Notes: generated by a model from the sequence alone, not told the origin. 64,000 bases of DNA from Syntrophales bacterium (GCA_963668175.1 OY764159.1:3488001-3552000), one strand, 5' to 3'; shown: positions 9,929-19,633, counted from the stretch's first letter. Numbers and translations: made by a program.

Positions 9929-11110
9929 ATGAGAGAAGTGGTCATTATCGGCGGTGCGAGAACCGCCATTGGAAACTATATGGGATCGCTGGCGGGGTTC
10001 AACTCCGTCGCGCTGGGCATCTTTGCGCTGAAAGGCGCCCTTGAGAAGACGGGGGTGGCCATGGGCGACCTGGAGTGCCTCGTTGCTGGTCACGTGAACC
10101 AGGCGGGTGCGCCGGGGAACTCGGCCAGACACATCGCCATGCGGGCGGGCCTGCCGATTACGTCATACGCCTACACGGTGCACCAGCAGTGCGCATCGTC
10201 CATGCGTGCGGCGGAGTGCCTGTCCCAGGACATCATGCTGGGGAAGTACGACGTGGGCGTCGTGGTGGGCATCGAGTCCATGAGCACGGCGCCGTATCTC
10301 CTGATGGGCGCCCGGAAGGGATACCGCCTCGGGGATGCGGAAAAGGTGCAGGACAGCCTCATGATCGGGGGCCTGGTCGACGATCTTCTGGGTTATCACA
10401 TGGGGATCACGGCGGAGAACATCGCGGCCGATTACGGGATCACGCGTGAAGAGCAGGACGAGTTTGCCCTCATGAGCAACATGCGGGCGTGCAAGGCCAT
10501 CCAGAAGGGCTGGTTCAAGGACGAGATCGTCCCGGTGGAGATCAAGACGAGGAAAGGGACGACGGTATTCGATACGGACGAGCATCCGCAGGCGAACACG
10601 TCGATGGAGGCGTTGGCGAAGCTGAAGCCCGCCTTCAAGAAGGACGGGACGGTGACGGCGGGGAACGCCTCCGGACTGAACGACGCGGGATCGGCCCTGA
10701 TCGTGATGTCGGCGGAAGCGGCGAAGGCGAAGGGCTTCAAGCCTGTCGCCAGGGTCGTCGCCTCCTCCCCCGGTTCGGTGGAGCCCCGGATCATGGGCAT
10801 GGGTGTGGTTCCCGCGGTGCGTAACGCCCTGAAGTTCGCGGGGCTTTCGCAGGACCAGATCGATTACTGGGAGCTGAACGAGGCGTTTGCGGCGCAGGTT
10901 TTGGGAGTGAACCGCGAGCTGAAGATCGGCCTGGACCGTGTGAATGCCGTGGGGTCCGGTATCGGCCTGGGGCATCCGGTGGGTGCGACGGGCGCGCGTC
11001 TCATCATCACCATGATCAACGAGATGAAGCGCCGGGGCGTGAGATACGGCTGCGCCTCCCTGTGCGCAAGCGGCGGACCCGCCCATGCGTTTATCGTCGA
11101 ATCCATCTAA
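9929..11110 (+). CDS. Acetyl-CoA C-acetyltransferase (thiolase)
   Basis: 'QQCASS' catalytic Cys, 'MGITAENIA', 'GTVTAGNASGLND', 'NEAFA', 'GHPVGATG', 'CASGG'. Confidence 0.95.
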   Translation: MREVVIIGGARTAIGNYMGSLAGFNSVALGIFALKGALEKTGVAMGDLECLVAGHVNQAGAPGNSARHIAMRAGLPITSYAYTVHQQCASSMRAAECLSQDIMLGKYDVGVVVGIESMSTAPYLLMGARKGYRLGDAEKVQDSLMIGGLVDDLLGYHMGITAENIAADYGITREEQDEFALMSNMRACKAIQKGWFKDEIVPVEIKTRKGTTVFDTDEHPQANTSMEALAKLKPAFKKDGTVTAGNASGLNDAGSALIVMSAEAAKAKGFKPVARVVASSPGSVEPRIMGMGVVPAVRNALKFAGLSQDQIDYWELNEAFAAQVLGVNRELKIGLDRVNAVGSGIGLGHPVGATGARLIITMINEMKRRGVRYGCASLCASGGPAHAFIVESI

Positions 11111-11130
11111 CCGAAACCAGGAGGCACGAT

Positions 11131-12582
11131 ATGGCACTCAAGACGCCTGAAGAGTACGAAGCAAGTCTGCGTAAAATGAACATGAAGATATACCTGATGG
11201 GCGAACGGGTGAAGGACCCGGTGGATCATCCCATCATCCGGCCTTCGATGAACTCCGTGAAGAAGACCTACGAGCTGGCCCTGGACCCGTCCTGCGAGGA
11301 CCTGATGACGGCGACGTCGTCGCTGACGGGGAAGAAGATCAACCGGTTCTGCCATCTGCACCAGAACACGGACGACCTGATCAGGAAGGTGAAGATGCAG
11401 CGTCTGCTGGGCCAGCAGACGGCGGCGTGCTTCCAGCGGTGCGTCGGCATGGACGCGATCAACGCCGTGGACTCGACAACCTTCGAAATGGACCAGAAGC
11501 TGGGTACGGAATACCACAAGCGCTTCCGGAACTTTCTCCTCAGGATGCAGGAGGAGGACTGGACGGTGGACGGCGCCATGACGGACGTGAAGGGCGACCG
11601 CGGTCTGGCTCCGCACCAGCAGGCGGACCCGGACCTCTTTGTCCGCGTCGTCGAGAAGAACGACAGGGGGATCGTGGTGCGCGGGGCGAAGGCGCACCAG
11701 ACGGGTGCGGTGAACTCGCACTGGGTTCTCGTGATGCCGACGATCGCCATGGGGAAGGACGATGCGGACTATGCGGTGGCGTTTGTCGCCCCGGCGGACG
11801 CGGAGGGCATCTTCTACATCTACGGGCGGCAGTCCTGCGATACGCGGAAGCTGGAAGGCGGGACGATCGACGTGGGCAACGCGACCTACGGGGGTCACGA
11901 GGCGCTGATCGTCTTCGAGGACGTGTTCGTTCCTTGGGAGAACGTGCTCATGTGCGGGGAGTGGCAGTACAGCGGGCTGCTGGTGGAGCGATTCGCCGGT
12001 TATCACCGTCAGAGCTACGGGGGCTGCAAGGTCGGCGTGGGCGATGTTTTGATCGGGGCGGCGGCTGTTGCTGCGGACTACAACGGAGCGGCGAAGGCGT
12101 CGCATGTGAAGGACAAGCTGATCGAGATGATGCACCTGAACGAGACGCTGTATTCTTGCGGGATCGCCTGTTCGTCGCAGGGGAGCAGGACGGCGTCGGG
12201 GACGTACCTGATCGACCTGTTGCTGGCGAACGTGTGCAAACAGAACGTGACGCGCTACCCGTACGAGATTGCGCGCCTGGCGCAGGACATTGCGGGTGGC
12301 CTCATGGTGACGATGGCATCCGAGCGCGACCTGAAGCACCCGGAGATCGGGAAGGTGCTGGAGAAGTACATGAAGGGCAACGCAAGCGTGCCGGTGGAGA
12401 ACCGCTGCCGGATGATGCGCCTGGTGGAGAACCTGACGCTGGGCACGGCGGCGGTGGGCTATCTGACGGAATCGATGCACGGGGCGGGTTCGCCTCAGGC
12501 GCAGCGGATCATGATCGCCCGCCAGGGCAACCTGGAACACAAGAAGAAGCTCGCCGAGAAGATCGCCGGGGTCAAGGAATAG
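11131..12582 (+). CDS. abfD: 4-hydroxybutyryl-CoA dehydratase / vinylacetyl-CoA delta-isomerase
   Basis: 'ACFQRCVGMDA' (CX3C), 'AMTDVKGDR', 'GAKAHQTG', 'YHRQSYGGCKVG' (His/Cys ligands), 'ESMHGAGSPQAQRIMI'; ATG after AGGAGG. Confidence 0.96.
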   Translation: MALKTPEEYEASLRKMNMKIYLMGERVKDPVDHPIIRPSMNSVKKTYELALDPSCEDLMTATSSLTGKKINRFCHLHQNTDDLIRKVKMQRLLGQQTAACFQRCVGMDAINAVDSTTFEMDQKLGTEYHKRFRNFLLRMQEEDWTVDGAMTDVKGDRGLAPHQQADPDLFVRVVEKNDRGIVVRGAKAHQTGAVNSHWVLVMPTIAMGKDDADYAVAFVAPADAEGIFYIYGRQSCDTRKLEGGTIDVGNATYGGHEALIVFEDVFVPWENVLMCGEWQYSGLLVERFAGYHRQSYGGCKVGVGDVLIGAAAVAADYNGAAKASHVKDKLIEMMHLNETLYSCGIACSSQGSRTASGTYLIDLLLANVCKQNVTRYPYEIARLAQDIAGGLMVTMASERDLKHPEIGKVLEKYMKGNASVPVENRCRMMRLVENLTLGTAAVGYLTESMHGAGSPQAQRIMIARQGNLEHKKKLAEKIAGVKE

Positions 12583-12706
12583 ATCAGACAGCGGGTTCCG
12601 ACGCCTCAATGGCCCTGCCTGCCTCCTTGCCGCGGCTGCTGAGCGTCTTGGAACGTTGGATTTTTTTTCTTGCCTGTCGAAGCACGACAGGTTCCTCCTA
12701 TCTACA

Positions 12707-12740
12707 AAGGGGCCGGCCCCAAGCCGGCCCCTTCTCTTCT
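12707..12740 (+). terminator. Probable intrinsic terminator of the TRAP-abfD operon
   Basis: Perfect 11-bp stem AAGGGGCCGGC-cccaa-GCCGGCCCCTT followed by a pyrimidine run (ctcttct). Confidence 0.6.
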
Positions 12741-13046
12741 CTCAGCAGCACACGAACTCCGATGATTTCCCCAAGGTAATCGGCATAGGTTCTGGAGATA
12801 ACGTTATTCATTATACGATGAACCATTGATCGCCGTTTACATGTCTACGGCTAAGCTCATTTGCTTGTCGCTTGGCGGCGAGAAGAACTCGACCACCGGA
12901 AACAGCGTGGTCGAACAACCCTCCGTCACGCTGTTTACGGATAATATCCATCGTATCTTTTTGGACGTATTTTTACGGTATCTCAATATCCAACCACTAA
13001 TATTCGGTTTTTAATCAATGCTGTCAAATCCGTTCGATAGACGACG

Positions 13047-13835
13047 CTATTTCGCCAGGAGGCCTCCGTCCACGCCGAGGATCTGACCTGTGACATAGGC
13101 TGAAGCGTCGGAGGAGAGGAAGACGGCGACACCTTTCATGTCGTCCACTCCGGCCGATCTCTTAAGCGGTATCGCCCTGACCATCATTTTATGGACGTTC
13201 TCCATGCCCGGTTTCTCGACAAAGGCCATCATGTCGGTCCTGAAGAACCCGGGTGCAACGGCATTGACCCGTATTTTGTGAGGCGCCAGCTTGACCGCCA
13301 GATTCATCGTCAGAAGGTTGATGGCAGCCTTGGCTGAATTATAGGGCACGGAGGGATGCCATTCTTCCTCCGATCCCCGGAACCCCATAATTGAAGAAAC
13401 ATTGATTATGACACCCCCGCCCTGTTCTTTCATTGTCCTGGCGACCCGCTGGCTCAGCATCCAGACCCCGCGGACGTTGGTATTGAAAATTTTGTCCCAC
13501 TGTTCCAGGGGAAACTCCAAAGTCGGCGCCCCCCATGTCACACCGGCGTTATTGACCAGGATGTCGATGCGCCCCATCTTCGCGAGGGTATCGTCGACCA
13601 GGGCGGCAATCTTTTCTTCCTTCGACACGTCGCAGGCAATGGGAATCGCCCGGATGCCATAGGTCGCCGATAGCTCGGCCGCCGCTTCTTCCAGGTTATT
13701 CAGATTCCTCGATGCGAGGACCACGTCGGCCCCCGCCTCGGCCAATCCCGTGGCCATGTGTTTCCCTATGCCGCGGCCTCCCCCGGTCACCAGGGCCACC
13801 TTGCCTTTCAGATTGAACATCTCTTGCAGTTGCAT
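13047..13835 (-). CDS. Short-chain dehydrogenase/reductase (gluconate 5-dehydrogenase-like clade)
   Basis: 'TGGGRGIG', 'NNAGVTWGAP', 'YNSAK', 'VNAVAPGFF', 'VDGG'. Confidence 0.9.
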   Translation of the reverse strand: MQLQEMFNLKGKVALVTGGGRGIGKHMATGLAEAGADVVLASRNLNNLEEAAAELSATYGIRAIPIACDVSKEEKIAALVDDTLAKMGRIDILVNNAGVTWGAPTLEFPLEQWDKIFNTNVRGVWMLSQRVARTMKEQGGGVIINVSSIMGFRGSEEEWHPSVPYNSAKAAINLLTMNLAVKLAPHKIRVNAVAPGFFRTDMMAFVEKPGMENVHKMMVRAIPLKRSAGVDDMKGVAVFLSSDASAYVTGQILGVDGGLLAK

Positions 13836-13939
13836 TGCTATTCTCCTTTTTATATGATTCTCATCATGTCGTTTTATGCGGAAGCGTCATCTCAATGATG
13901 TCCTATATGCTCTTTAAGCAAAAGTCCTTCGACGGTTTT

Positions 13940-14236
13940 CTAATGGGCCGAAAATAGCTCTTCCATGATGGCGATTTCCGGTTTTCCCGCCAGGAATTCC
14001 GCGCCTTTTGCGTTAAACGCTTTGAAATGCGGAGTCCTTGAATGCGCATCCAACGCCATCCTGTCATGGTATCGTTCCATGAAAATAAACGCACCCGGCT
14101 CCTTGCGATTCTGGCTCACTGTGAAAAGCATCGTTCCCTCTTCCCGGGCCACGGCGGAAACAAACTCCCTTATTGCCGCGAAGGCCTCCACACGTTTCTC
14201 TTCTTTCACAATCAATTTGGCAATAACGGTCACCAT
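13940..14236 (-). CDS. Antibiotic biosynthesis monooxygenase (ABM)-domain protein
   Basis: 98 aa; 'REEGT', 'FIFMERY', 'ALDAHSRTPHFK' ABM/YgiN signature. Confidence 0.85.
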   Translation of the reverse strand: MVTVIAKLIVKEEKRVEAFAAIREFVSAVAREEGTMLFTVSQNRKEPGAFIFMERYHDRMALDAHSRTPHFKAFNAKGAEFLAGKPEIAIMEELFSAH

Positions 14237-14428
14237 ATTTCTGTTCCTTCTCTCGGTTTCCCTTTCATAAGATCATTCCGGCTGATACTGCACATCCCTA
14301 TCCGCCGGCGTGAATGGGGCGACGGTCGTACCATGGTTGCAGCGAAGGAGTAGCGGACATGAGACATGTTTTGGAGGTCGCATCAATGGAGCACATGCCT
14401 CTCTGTCACACGGATACGCCGCCGCCCA

Positions 14429-16738
14429 TCACTTAGGAGGTAATACAGACTTGTCGTACACGGTAAAGTCGAACATGTTAAAAACGCCGATATATTTGGC
14501 ATAGGTCGCCCGCGCCGCGGTTATGTCCCTGGACACGCCTTCCGGCGTCTCTTCCGTCTTGGATACTTCGATCCGTGCTTCATTCAGATCGGCGTCGAAA
14601 TGGATCGCTTTCGGACCGTCCTTCTCGTTCGACCAATGGGGCCAGCGCACAACTCCTGACCCGCCGCGGGTATTCGGATTCCCGCTTTGGATAAAGGAGC
14701 AGAGGTACGTCATCATGGCTTTGCTCAGAGCTTCACGGCCCTTCTTGTTCGCTTCCGTGAAGGAGTAGCCGAAAATGTCGTTATCGTAAGCGAAGAAAAA
14801 CGGAAGGTCGAAGGCATGCGCCGCCCCGAAGATGAACTTGAAATGCTCAAGTTCCGGATCGCCTCCTCCCGCCCACTGGAAAAGATAGGCATAGACAGCA
14901 TTCTTCGGATCTTGTGCCTTTAGAGCCCTCGCAACAGCGTCGGTTCCATGGAGTTTCCATAGCCTGGACTTCAGATTTCCGATCGTGTAGTATAGGTTCT
15001 TGTCCGTCTCCGTCGGGAAGACCTGGTCCATTGTCAGTTTCCCGTCCAGAATCCTATAGACGTTCTCCCATCCGTATTTACCCGAAGGGGCGCGAAACGC
15101 CGCCCTTGCCGCGGGTCCCCAGAAGGGGAGGAAATTGAAGAACTCGGACTCCGTCGTGCCGATCATGAGCGGGACCTTGTTGTATTTTCCGGCTGCGATG
15201 GCTTCCGTCCAGGAGGCGTCGGGAAGCACCGTGCCGTCCCTGTGGGCCGGATACGAGGGCATGCTTCCCTGGCCGACACCGTCCCTCGCGGCCCGCAGAA
15301 TCGCTTCCGCCGGCTGGCCGAGGAGGTAGGCCCTGATATCGGCGTTGCTCATCGACACCCGATAGGCTTTCGCCGCCTCGGCGTCCGCCGCTTTTCCGTC
15401 TTTCACCAAAAGCCAGTCGATGATTTTATCGGCCGCCGCGTCTGTTTCTTTAAAGCTGCGCAACGGCATCATGGATTCTACCGCCGGACTGACGGCGACG
15501 ACTCCGGAGAACAACCCTTTCGCCTGAGGCGAAATCATGAGGTTCATGACGTTGTGCCCGCCGGCGGACTGTCCGCCTATGGTCACTTTGCGGGAATCGC
15601 CGCCGAAAGCGGCGATGTTCTTCCTGACCCACTTCAGGGCCTGGATGTGGTCCAGCGTACCGTAATTCCCGGACGCATTCGCGGCGTCTTGTCCTTCCCT
15701 GAAGGCGGGATGACTGAACCATCCCAGGGCCGCCAGCCGATATTGCACGACGACAACGACCATGTTGCCTTCCCTGGCCAGCGCGCCGCCGTAAGTCTCT
15801 GCCGCGTTCCCGCTTTTGTTCGAGCCGCCGTGTATCCAGAAAAATACCGGCAGGTTTTTCGCATCCGTCCTGGGACGATAGATCTCCAGGTTCAGGCAAT
15901 CGTCGCCGCCCTTGAATTTGTCTTCCGGCCACCAGAATCTGCCGGATACCTGCTGGGTGCACTCGCTGCAATGGGCGGTCGCCTCACGGACGCCGCTCCA
16001 TTTATCGTAGTTCCGGGGAGCCTGCCAGCGACGCGTCTTGGCATAAGGAATGCCGAACCACGCCCATATATCGTCGGACGCTGCAAAGCCCGAAACAGCG
16101 CCGGATGTTGTGGTTACGATCTTTCTCGGCCTCAGTGTCGCCAGCAGGTGGTTTTTCGCAGATTGGGGGGTTTGCAGAACCCTCGGAACCGCAGCTGCGG
16201 ATTTGAATACTTTCGCCGCATTGAGCTCGGCGACCAGGGCGGCGACATGATCGTCGGACACGAAGCGCGCTATACTTTGATCGAAACGGATCCTGTCGGC
16301 GTACTTCGAGACGATGTCCGTCGTGGCCTTATTGATCCGGATGCCGTTGTTCAGGTCTCCGTCTTCATCCAGCGACTGGAGAAGAACGCAGATATTCGCG
16401 ACCGTCGCGTTGTCCGCATTCCGGGCTCCAGGAACCAGTTGAATGGGCGTTAGGATATCGGCGCCTTTTGCGGAGCCGAGTTTGAGATCGCCGATATAAA
16501 ATGCGACATCCTCGCCGGAGCGATATTTGAATCCGCCGCGGGCGTCGGTCGTCCCCGAAAGGGACGGCGTTTTGTACGTCAGTCCGTCTACGGGGCTGTC
16601 CACGAAGATCCCTTTTCGCGGTCCCGGATCGCCTTTTTTTGTCGCGCTATGCACAGCCGCTGTCCATCCAATAATTAAGGAAACCGCCACCAAACAGCAT
16701 AACACGCTTCGATTCAAAGCCGCTTTCCATGTCCTCAT
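14429..16738 (-). CDS. Exported type-B carboxylesterase with an extra N-terminal domain
   Basis: Signal peptide; 'FGIPYA', 'DDCLNLEIY', 'WIHGG', 'GQSAGG' nucleophile, 'GTTESE' Glu, 'AAHAFD' His. Confidence 0.9.
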   Translation of the reverse strand: MRTWKAALNRSVLCCLVAVSLIIGWTAAVHSATKKGDPGPRKGIFVDSPVDGLTYKTPSLSGTTDARGGFKYRSGEDVAFYIGDLKLGSAKGADILTPIQLVPGARNADNATVANICVLLQSLDEDGDLNNGIRINKATTDIVSKYADRIRFDQSIARFVSDDHVAALVAELNAAKVFKSAAAVPRVLQTPQSAKNHLLATLRPRKIVTTTSGAVSGFAASDDIWAWFGIPYAKTRRWQAPRNYDKWSGVREATAHCSECTQQVSGRFWWPEDKFKGGDDCLNLEIYRPRTDAKNLPVFFWIHGGSNKSGNAAETYGGALAREGNMVVVVVQYRLAALGWFSHPAFREGQDAANASGNYGTLDHIQALKWVRKNIAAFGGDSRKVTIGGQSAGGHNVMNLMISPQAKGLFSGVVAVSPAVESMMPLRSFKETDAAADKIIDWLLVKDGKAADAEAAKAYRVSMSNADIRAYLLGQPAEAILRAARDGVGQGSMPSYPAHRDGTVLPDASWTEAIAAGKYNKVPLMIGTTESEFFNFLPFWGPAARAAFRAPSGKYGWENVYRILDGKLTMDQVFPTETDKNLYYTIGNLKSRLWKLHGTDAVARALKAQDPKNAVYAYLFQWAGGGDPELEHFKFIFGAAHAFDLPFFFAYDNDIFGYSFTEANKKGREALSKAMMTYLCSFIQSGNPNTRGGSGVVRWPHWSNEKDGPKAIHFDADLNEARIEVSKTEETPEGVSRDITAARATYAKYIGVFNMFDFTVYDKSVLPPK

Positions 16739-16763
16739 AGTTCCTCCCCGTTATCCTTAACCG

Positions 16764-17915
16764 TCAGACTTTAATCTTGCCTTCCTTCATCGTCGCGGTC
16801 GGTTTGAAAATATCGAGTTTGAATGCCCTGTGGATATCTTCGAGTTTGGACACCAGAACGGCATAACCGATCTTCTGTGCAGACAGGAACGGACCTTCGG
16901 CGGCCCCGCCGCCGTTGGTCATGGCCAGATCGATCACTTTGGGATCGTCGGCTACGCCTTCCTCCAGGACCTTGGTCGCTTCATTCACAAGCAGGGCGAC
17001 GATGTGTAGTATATCCCATTCCTTGGTCGCTTTCGAGAGGTCTATTGCAGGCCTTCCTTTCGACCAATCGTAAAAACCTTTGCCGGTCTTCTTGCCCAAC
17101 TGACCGTTCTTGACATAGGATGTCATGACCTCCGAAGGCGCATAATCGGGCGAAAGCACCTGGGCGAAATATTCGAGCCCGTGGACGGCGACGTCGATGC
17201 CGACATAGTCCGTCGTCTCGAAAGGAGGCATGGGGGAATACGGCTTCATGGCCGCATCGAATTCCTCCGGTGTCGGATGCCCCGCTTCCAGTATCTTGGA
17301 GACGAATACGGCGACGGTTTCCGTTACGCGGTTATAGATGAAGCCGGGCGAGTCCTTCTTGACGACAACCGGAACTTTGCCGATCTTCTTCGCCAGATCG
17401 CAACCGATTAGAATCGACTCTTCGGAACTCTCGGCGCCTTTGATGACCTCGACAAGCTTCATGATCACGGCCGGGTTAAAGAAGTGATACCCGATGACCT
17501 GTGCCGGCCTCCTGGTTGCGGAAGCGATATCGGTAACCCTGATATTGGACGTGTTGGTCGCCAGAATGGCATGCGGCGGCGTATACTGGTCCAGATCGGC
17601 AAACACGCGCTTCTTGAGTTCCGGATTCTCGGGAACGGCTTCAATGGCGAATTCGACGTCCTTCACCGCTTCGCGAAAGTTGCCGATGGGCACCAGGCGG
17701 GACAGGACATTGTCGTACGTCTCGGGCGTGATCTTGCCCTTCTCCCTGAATTTATCAAAACTGTTCACGATGCCGGCGACGCCCCTATCCAGGAATTTCC
17801 AGTTGACGTCGTAAAGCATCACCTTGTAGCCGCCAAGCAGGCAACATGCGGCAATCCCGTGTCCCATGTCGCCTGCACCGATGACGGCAATGGTTTTCAC
17901 ATCATTCAGATTCAT
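16764..17915 (-). CDS. 3-hydroxyacyl-CoA dehydrogenase with duplicated C-terminal domain
   Basis: 'GAGDMGHG', 'IEAVPE', 'ATNTS', 'HFFNP', 'PGFIYNR', 'GKKTGKGFY', then a second C-domain 'LVNEATKVLEEGVA'. Confidence 0.9.
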   Translation of the reverse strand: MNLNDVKTIAVIGAGDMGHGIAACCLLGGYKVMLYDVNWKFLDRGVAGIVNSFDKFREKGKITPETYDNVLSRLVPIGNFREAVKDVEFAIEAVPENPELKKRVFADLDQYTPPHAILATNTSNIRVTDIASATRRPAQVIGYHFFNPAVIMKLVEVIKGAESSEESILIGCDLAKKIGKVPVVVKKDSPGFIYNRVTETVAVFVSKILEAGHPTPEEFDAAMKPYSPMPPFETTDYVGIDVAVHGLEYFAQVLSPDYAPSEVMTSYVKNGQLGKKTGKGFYDWSKGRPAIDLSKATKEWDILHIVALLVNEATKVLEEGVADDPKVIDLAMTNGGGAAEGPFLSAQKIGYAVLVSKLEDIHRAFKLDIFKPTATMKEGKIKV

Positions 17916-17940
17916 GATTGATCCTCCCTCAAATGTCCCG

Positions 17941-19149
17941 CTATCGTTGCAGGTTCTCGATCACCGTCGCGACTCCCAGACCGCCGCCGCAGCACGTGCT
18001 GATGAAGCCGTATTTTCCTTTGCGCCGGATCAGCTCTTTCATCGCGAAAAGGCAAAGTCTGGCGCCCGATGCGCCGTTGGGATGACCGAAGGCGATGGCG
18101 CCGCCGTTGGGATTCCATTTTTCCATATCGATTTTCTCGCCGGTCTGCTTCTCAAGCTCCCGGATGACGGCCAGATTCTGTACGGCAAAGGCCTCATTGC
18201 ATTCCATGACGTCCATATCCGCGATCTTCAGGCCGGCTCGCTTCAAGGCCTGCGGGATGGCATACGCGGGACCGATCCCCATAATCTTAGGATCGACGCC
18301 GTAATCGCCGCCGCTGATCCATTTCGCCATTGGCTTGTATCCCAACTCCAACGCTTTTTCTTTCGACATCATCAGCACGAACGCGGCGCCGTCGTTACGA
18401 CCCGAGGAATTTCCCGCCGTCACGGTTCCGTCCTTTTTGAAGGCAGGCGGCAGGGTGGACAGGGCATCCATGTTTGTTTCCCGGGGATGCTCGTCGACCT
18501 TGAACTCGATGGGCGCGGCCTTCTTTCCCTGAGGAATCGCGACAGGTACGATCTCGTCCTTGAAGTAACCGGCGTCCATGGCCCTCTTGGCCAGCGTCTG
18601 GCTTCTCAGGGCGAATTTGTCCTGTTCGATACGGGGTATGTCGTACATCCTTTGCAGAGCCTCCGCAGTGAAGCCCATGTTGAGACTTTCGGGATCATTG
18701 TCCGGCGAAACGGATGGCATGAGCGGAATGGGAGGGATCAGACGAAAGGGCTCCGTCGCCATGGAAAATCTGGCAATACACTGGCTGTAGGATTCCATAC
18801 CGCCGGCAATGACGATATCGGCCTGGTTGGCGACGATCCGCCATGCGGCGTGATTGATGCTGTCGATCGCCGATCCGCACTGCATCTCTACATAGGAAGC
18901 GGCCGTGTCGATCGGAAGACCGGCGGCAAGCAGGGCCCAGCGGGCAGGATTCAAAGCCGCCGTGGCGCCCAGCGCCGAACCGGCGAATACGCTGTCGACA
19001 CGCGCCTTCTCCGTAATTTTCGTTTTTTCTATAAGACCTTTAAGGGCGCGGCCTCCCAGCTCTTCCATGGTGAGACTGCGCAGCGAGCGCCCCATGGTTC
19101 CGAAAGCCGTCCGCATACCGTCGATGAAAACCACTTCTCTGTTTGACAT
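17941..19149 (-). CDS. Acyl-CoA thiolase
   Basis: 'MQCGSA', 'GTVTAGNSSGRND', 'NEAFA', 'GHPNGASG', 'CCGGG'; ATG 19149 after GGAGG. Confidence 0.93.
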   Translation of the reverse strand: MSNREVVFIDGMRTAFGTMGRSLRSLTMEELGGRALKGLIEKTKITEKARVDSVFAGSALGATAALNPARWALLAAGLPIDTAASYVEMQCGSAIDSINHAAWRIVANQADIVIAGGMESYSQCIARFSMATEPFRLIPPIPLMPSVSPDNDPESLNMGFTAEALQRMYDIPRIEQDKFALRSQTLAKRAMDAGYFKDEIVPVAIPQGKKAAPIEFKVDEHPRETNMDALSTLPPAFKKDGTVTAGNSSGRNDGAAFVLMMSKEKALELGYKPMAKWISGGDYGVDPKIMGIGPAYAIPQALKRAGLKIADMDVMECNEAFAVQNLAVIRELEKQTGEKIDMEKWNPNGGAIAFGHPNGASGARLCLFAMKELIRRKGKYGFISTCCGGGLGVATVIENLQR

Positions 19150-19184
19150 AAAACCTCCGTGAAACATGAATTTGCCGAGGATAT

Positions 19185-19200
19185 TGCATTGGACGTGCCA
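19185..19200 (-). promoter_or_regulatory. sigma54 (-24/-12) promoter for the thiolase operon
   Basis: Minus strand TGGCAC-GTCCA-ATGCA matches TGGCAC-N5-TTGCW with one mismatch, 36 nt upstream of the ATG. Confidence 0.75.
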
Positions 19201-19273
19201 GGCGGGGCGCGGCATAAAGTGTCTTCATTACGGGGACATAAACGGCCCGTCAAAAACGGCGCAGGACGATTTC

Positions 19274-19307
19274 AACGATATATTGTGACTTTTCTTTATA
19301 TATCGTT
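19274..19307. promoter_or_regulatory. Candidate enhancer (UAS) inverted repeat
   Basis: AACGATATAT-N14-ATATATCGTT perfect 10-bp arms, 74 nt upstream of the sigma54 element. Confidence 0.55.
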
Positions 19308-19633
19308 TCACTCAAGAGAGATAACGGTCCAACCGGGTCATGAGAAGCCCCGGCTGGACCGTTATGGAGGAAGAAAAAGAGAAAGAATGATACAGCAGGC
19401 TAAATCCGGTGTATTGAAACGCTGCGGCATCCTGCCTTCAGAGAAATCGGATCACGGATTCGACATGCCTTACCAAGCCTTGGAAAACTGGAACATTTGT
19501 ACAGTCATCCTACGGCGGAGCGGACGCGCCTTCAGCGCTCCGCATGCATGCCGTCATTGTAAAGCGGCGACGATCGTCCTTCGATACGATCCCGGCCTTC
19601 TCTGACGCAGGAATGGATGCCTGCTTCATGATG

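Noticed and set aside
884..12609. Many long antisense or alternate-frame ORFs (e.g. 884..2386 -, 11107..12609 -, 11427..12779 +)
   Set aside because: They overlap well-supported genes and have Arg/Gly/His-rich composition typical of shadow frames; the same applies to similar ORFs across the window.
14318..14333. Possible third sigma54 promoter (TGGTAC-GACCG-TCGCC, - strand) upstream of the ABM gene
   Set aside because: Weak -12 element and no copy of the shared upstream motif; could be chance.
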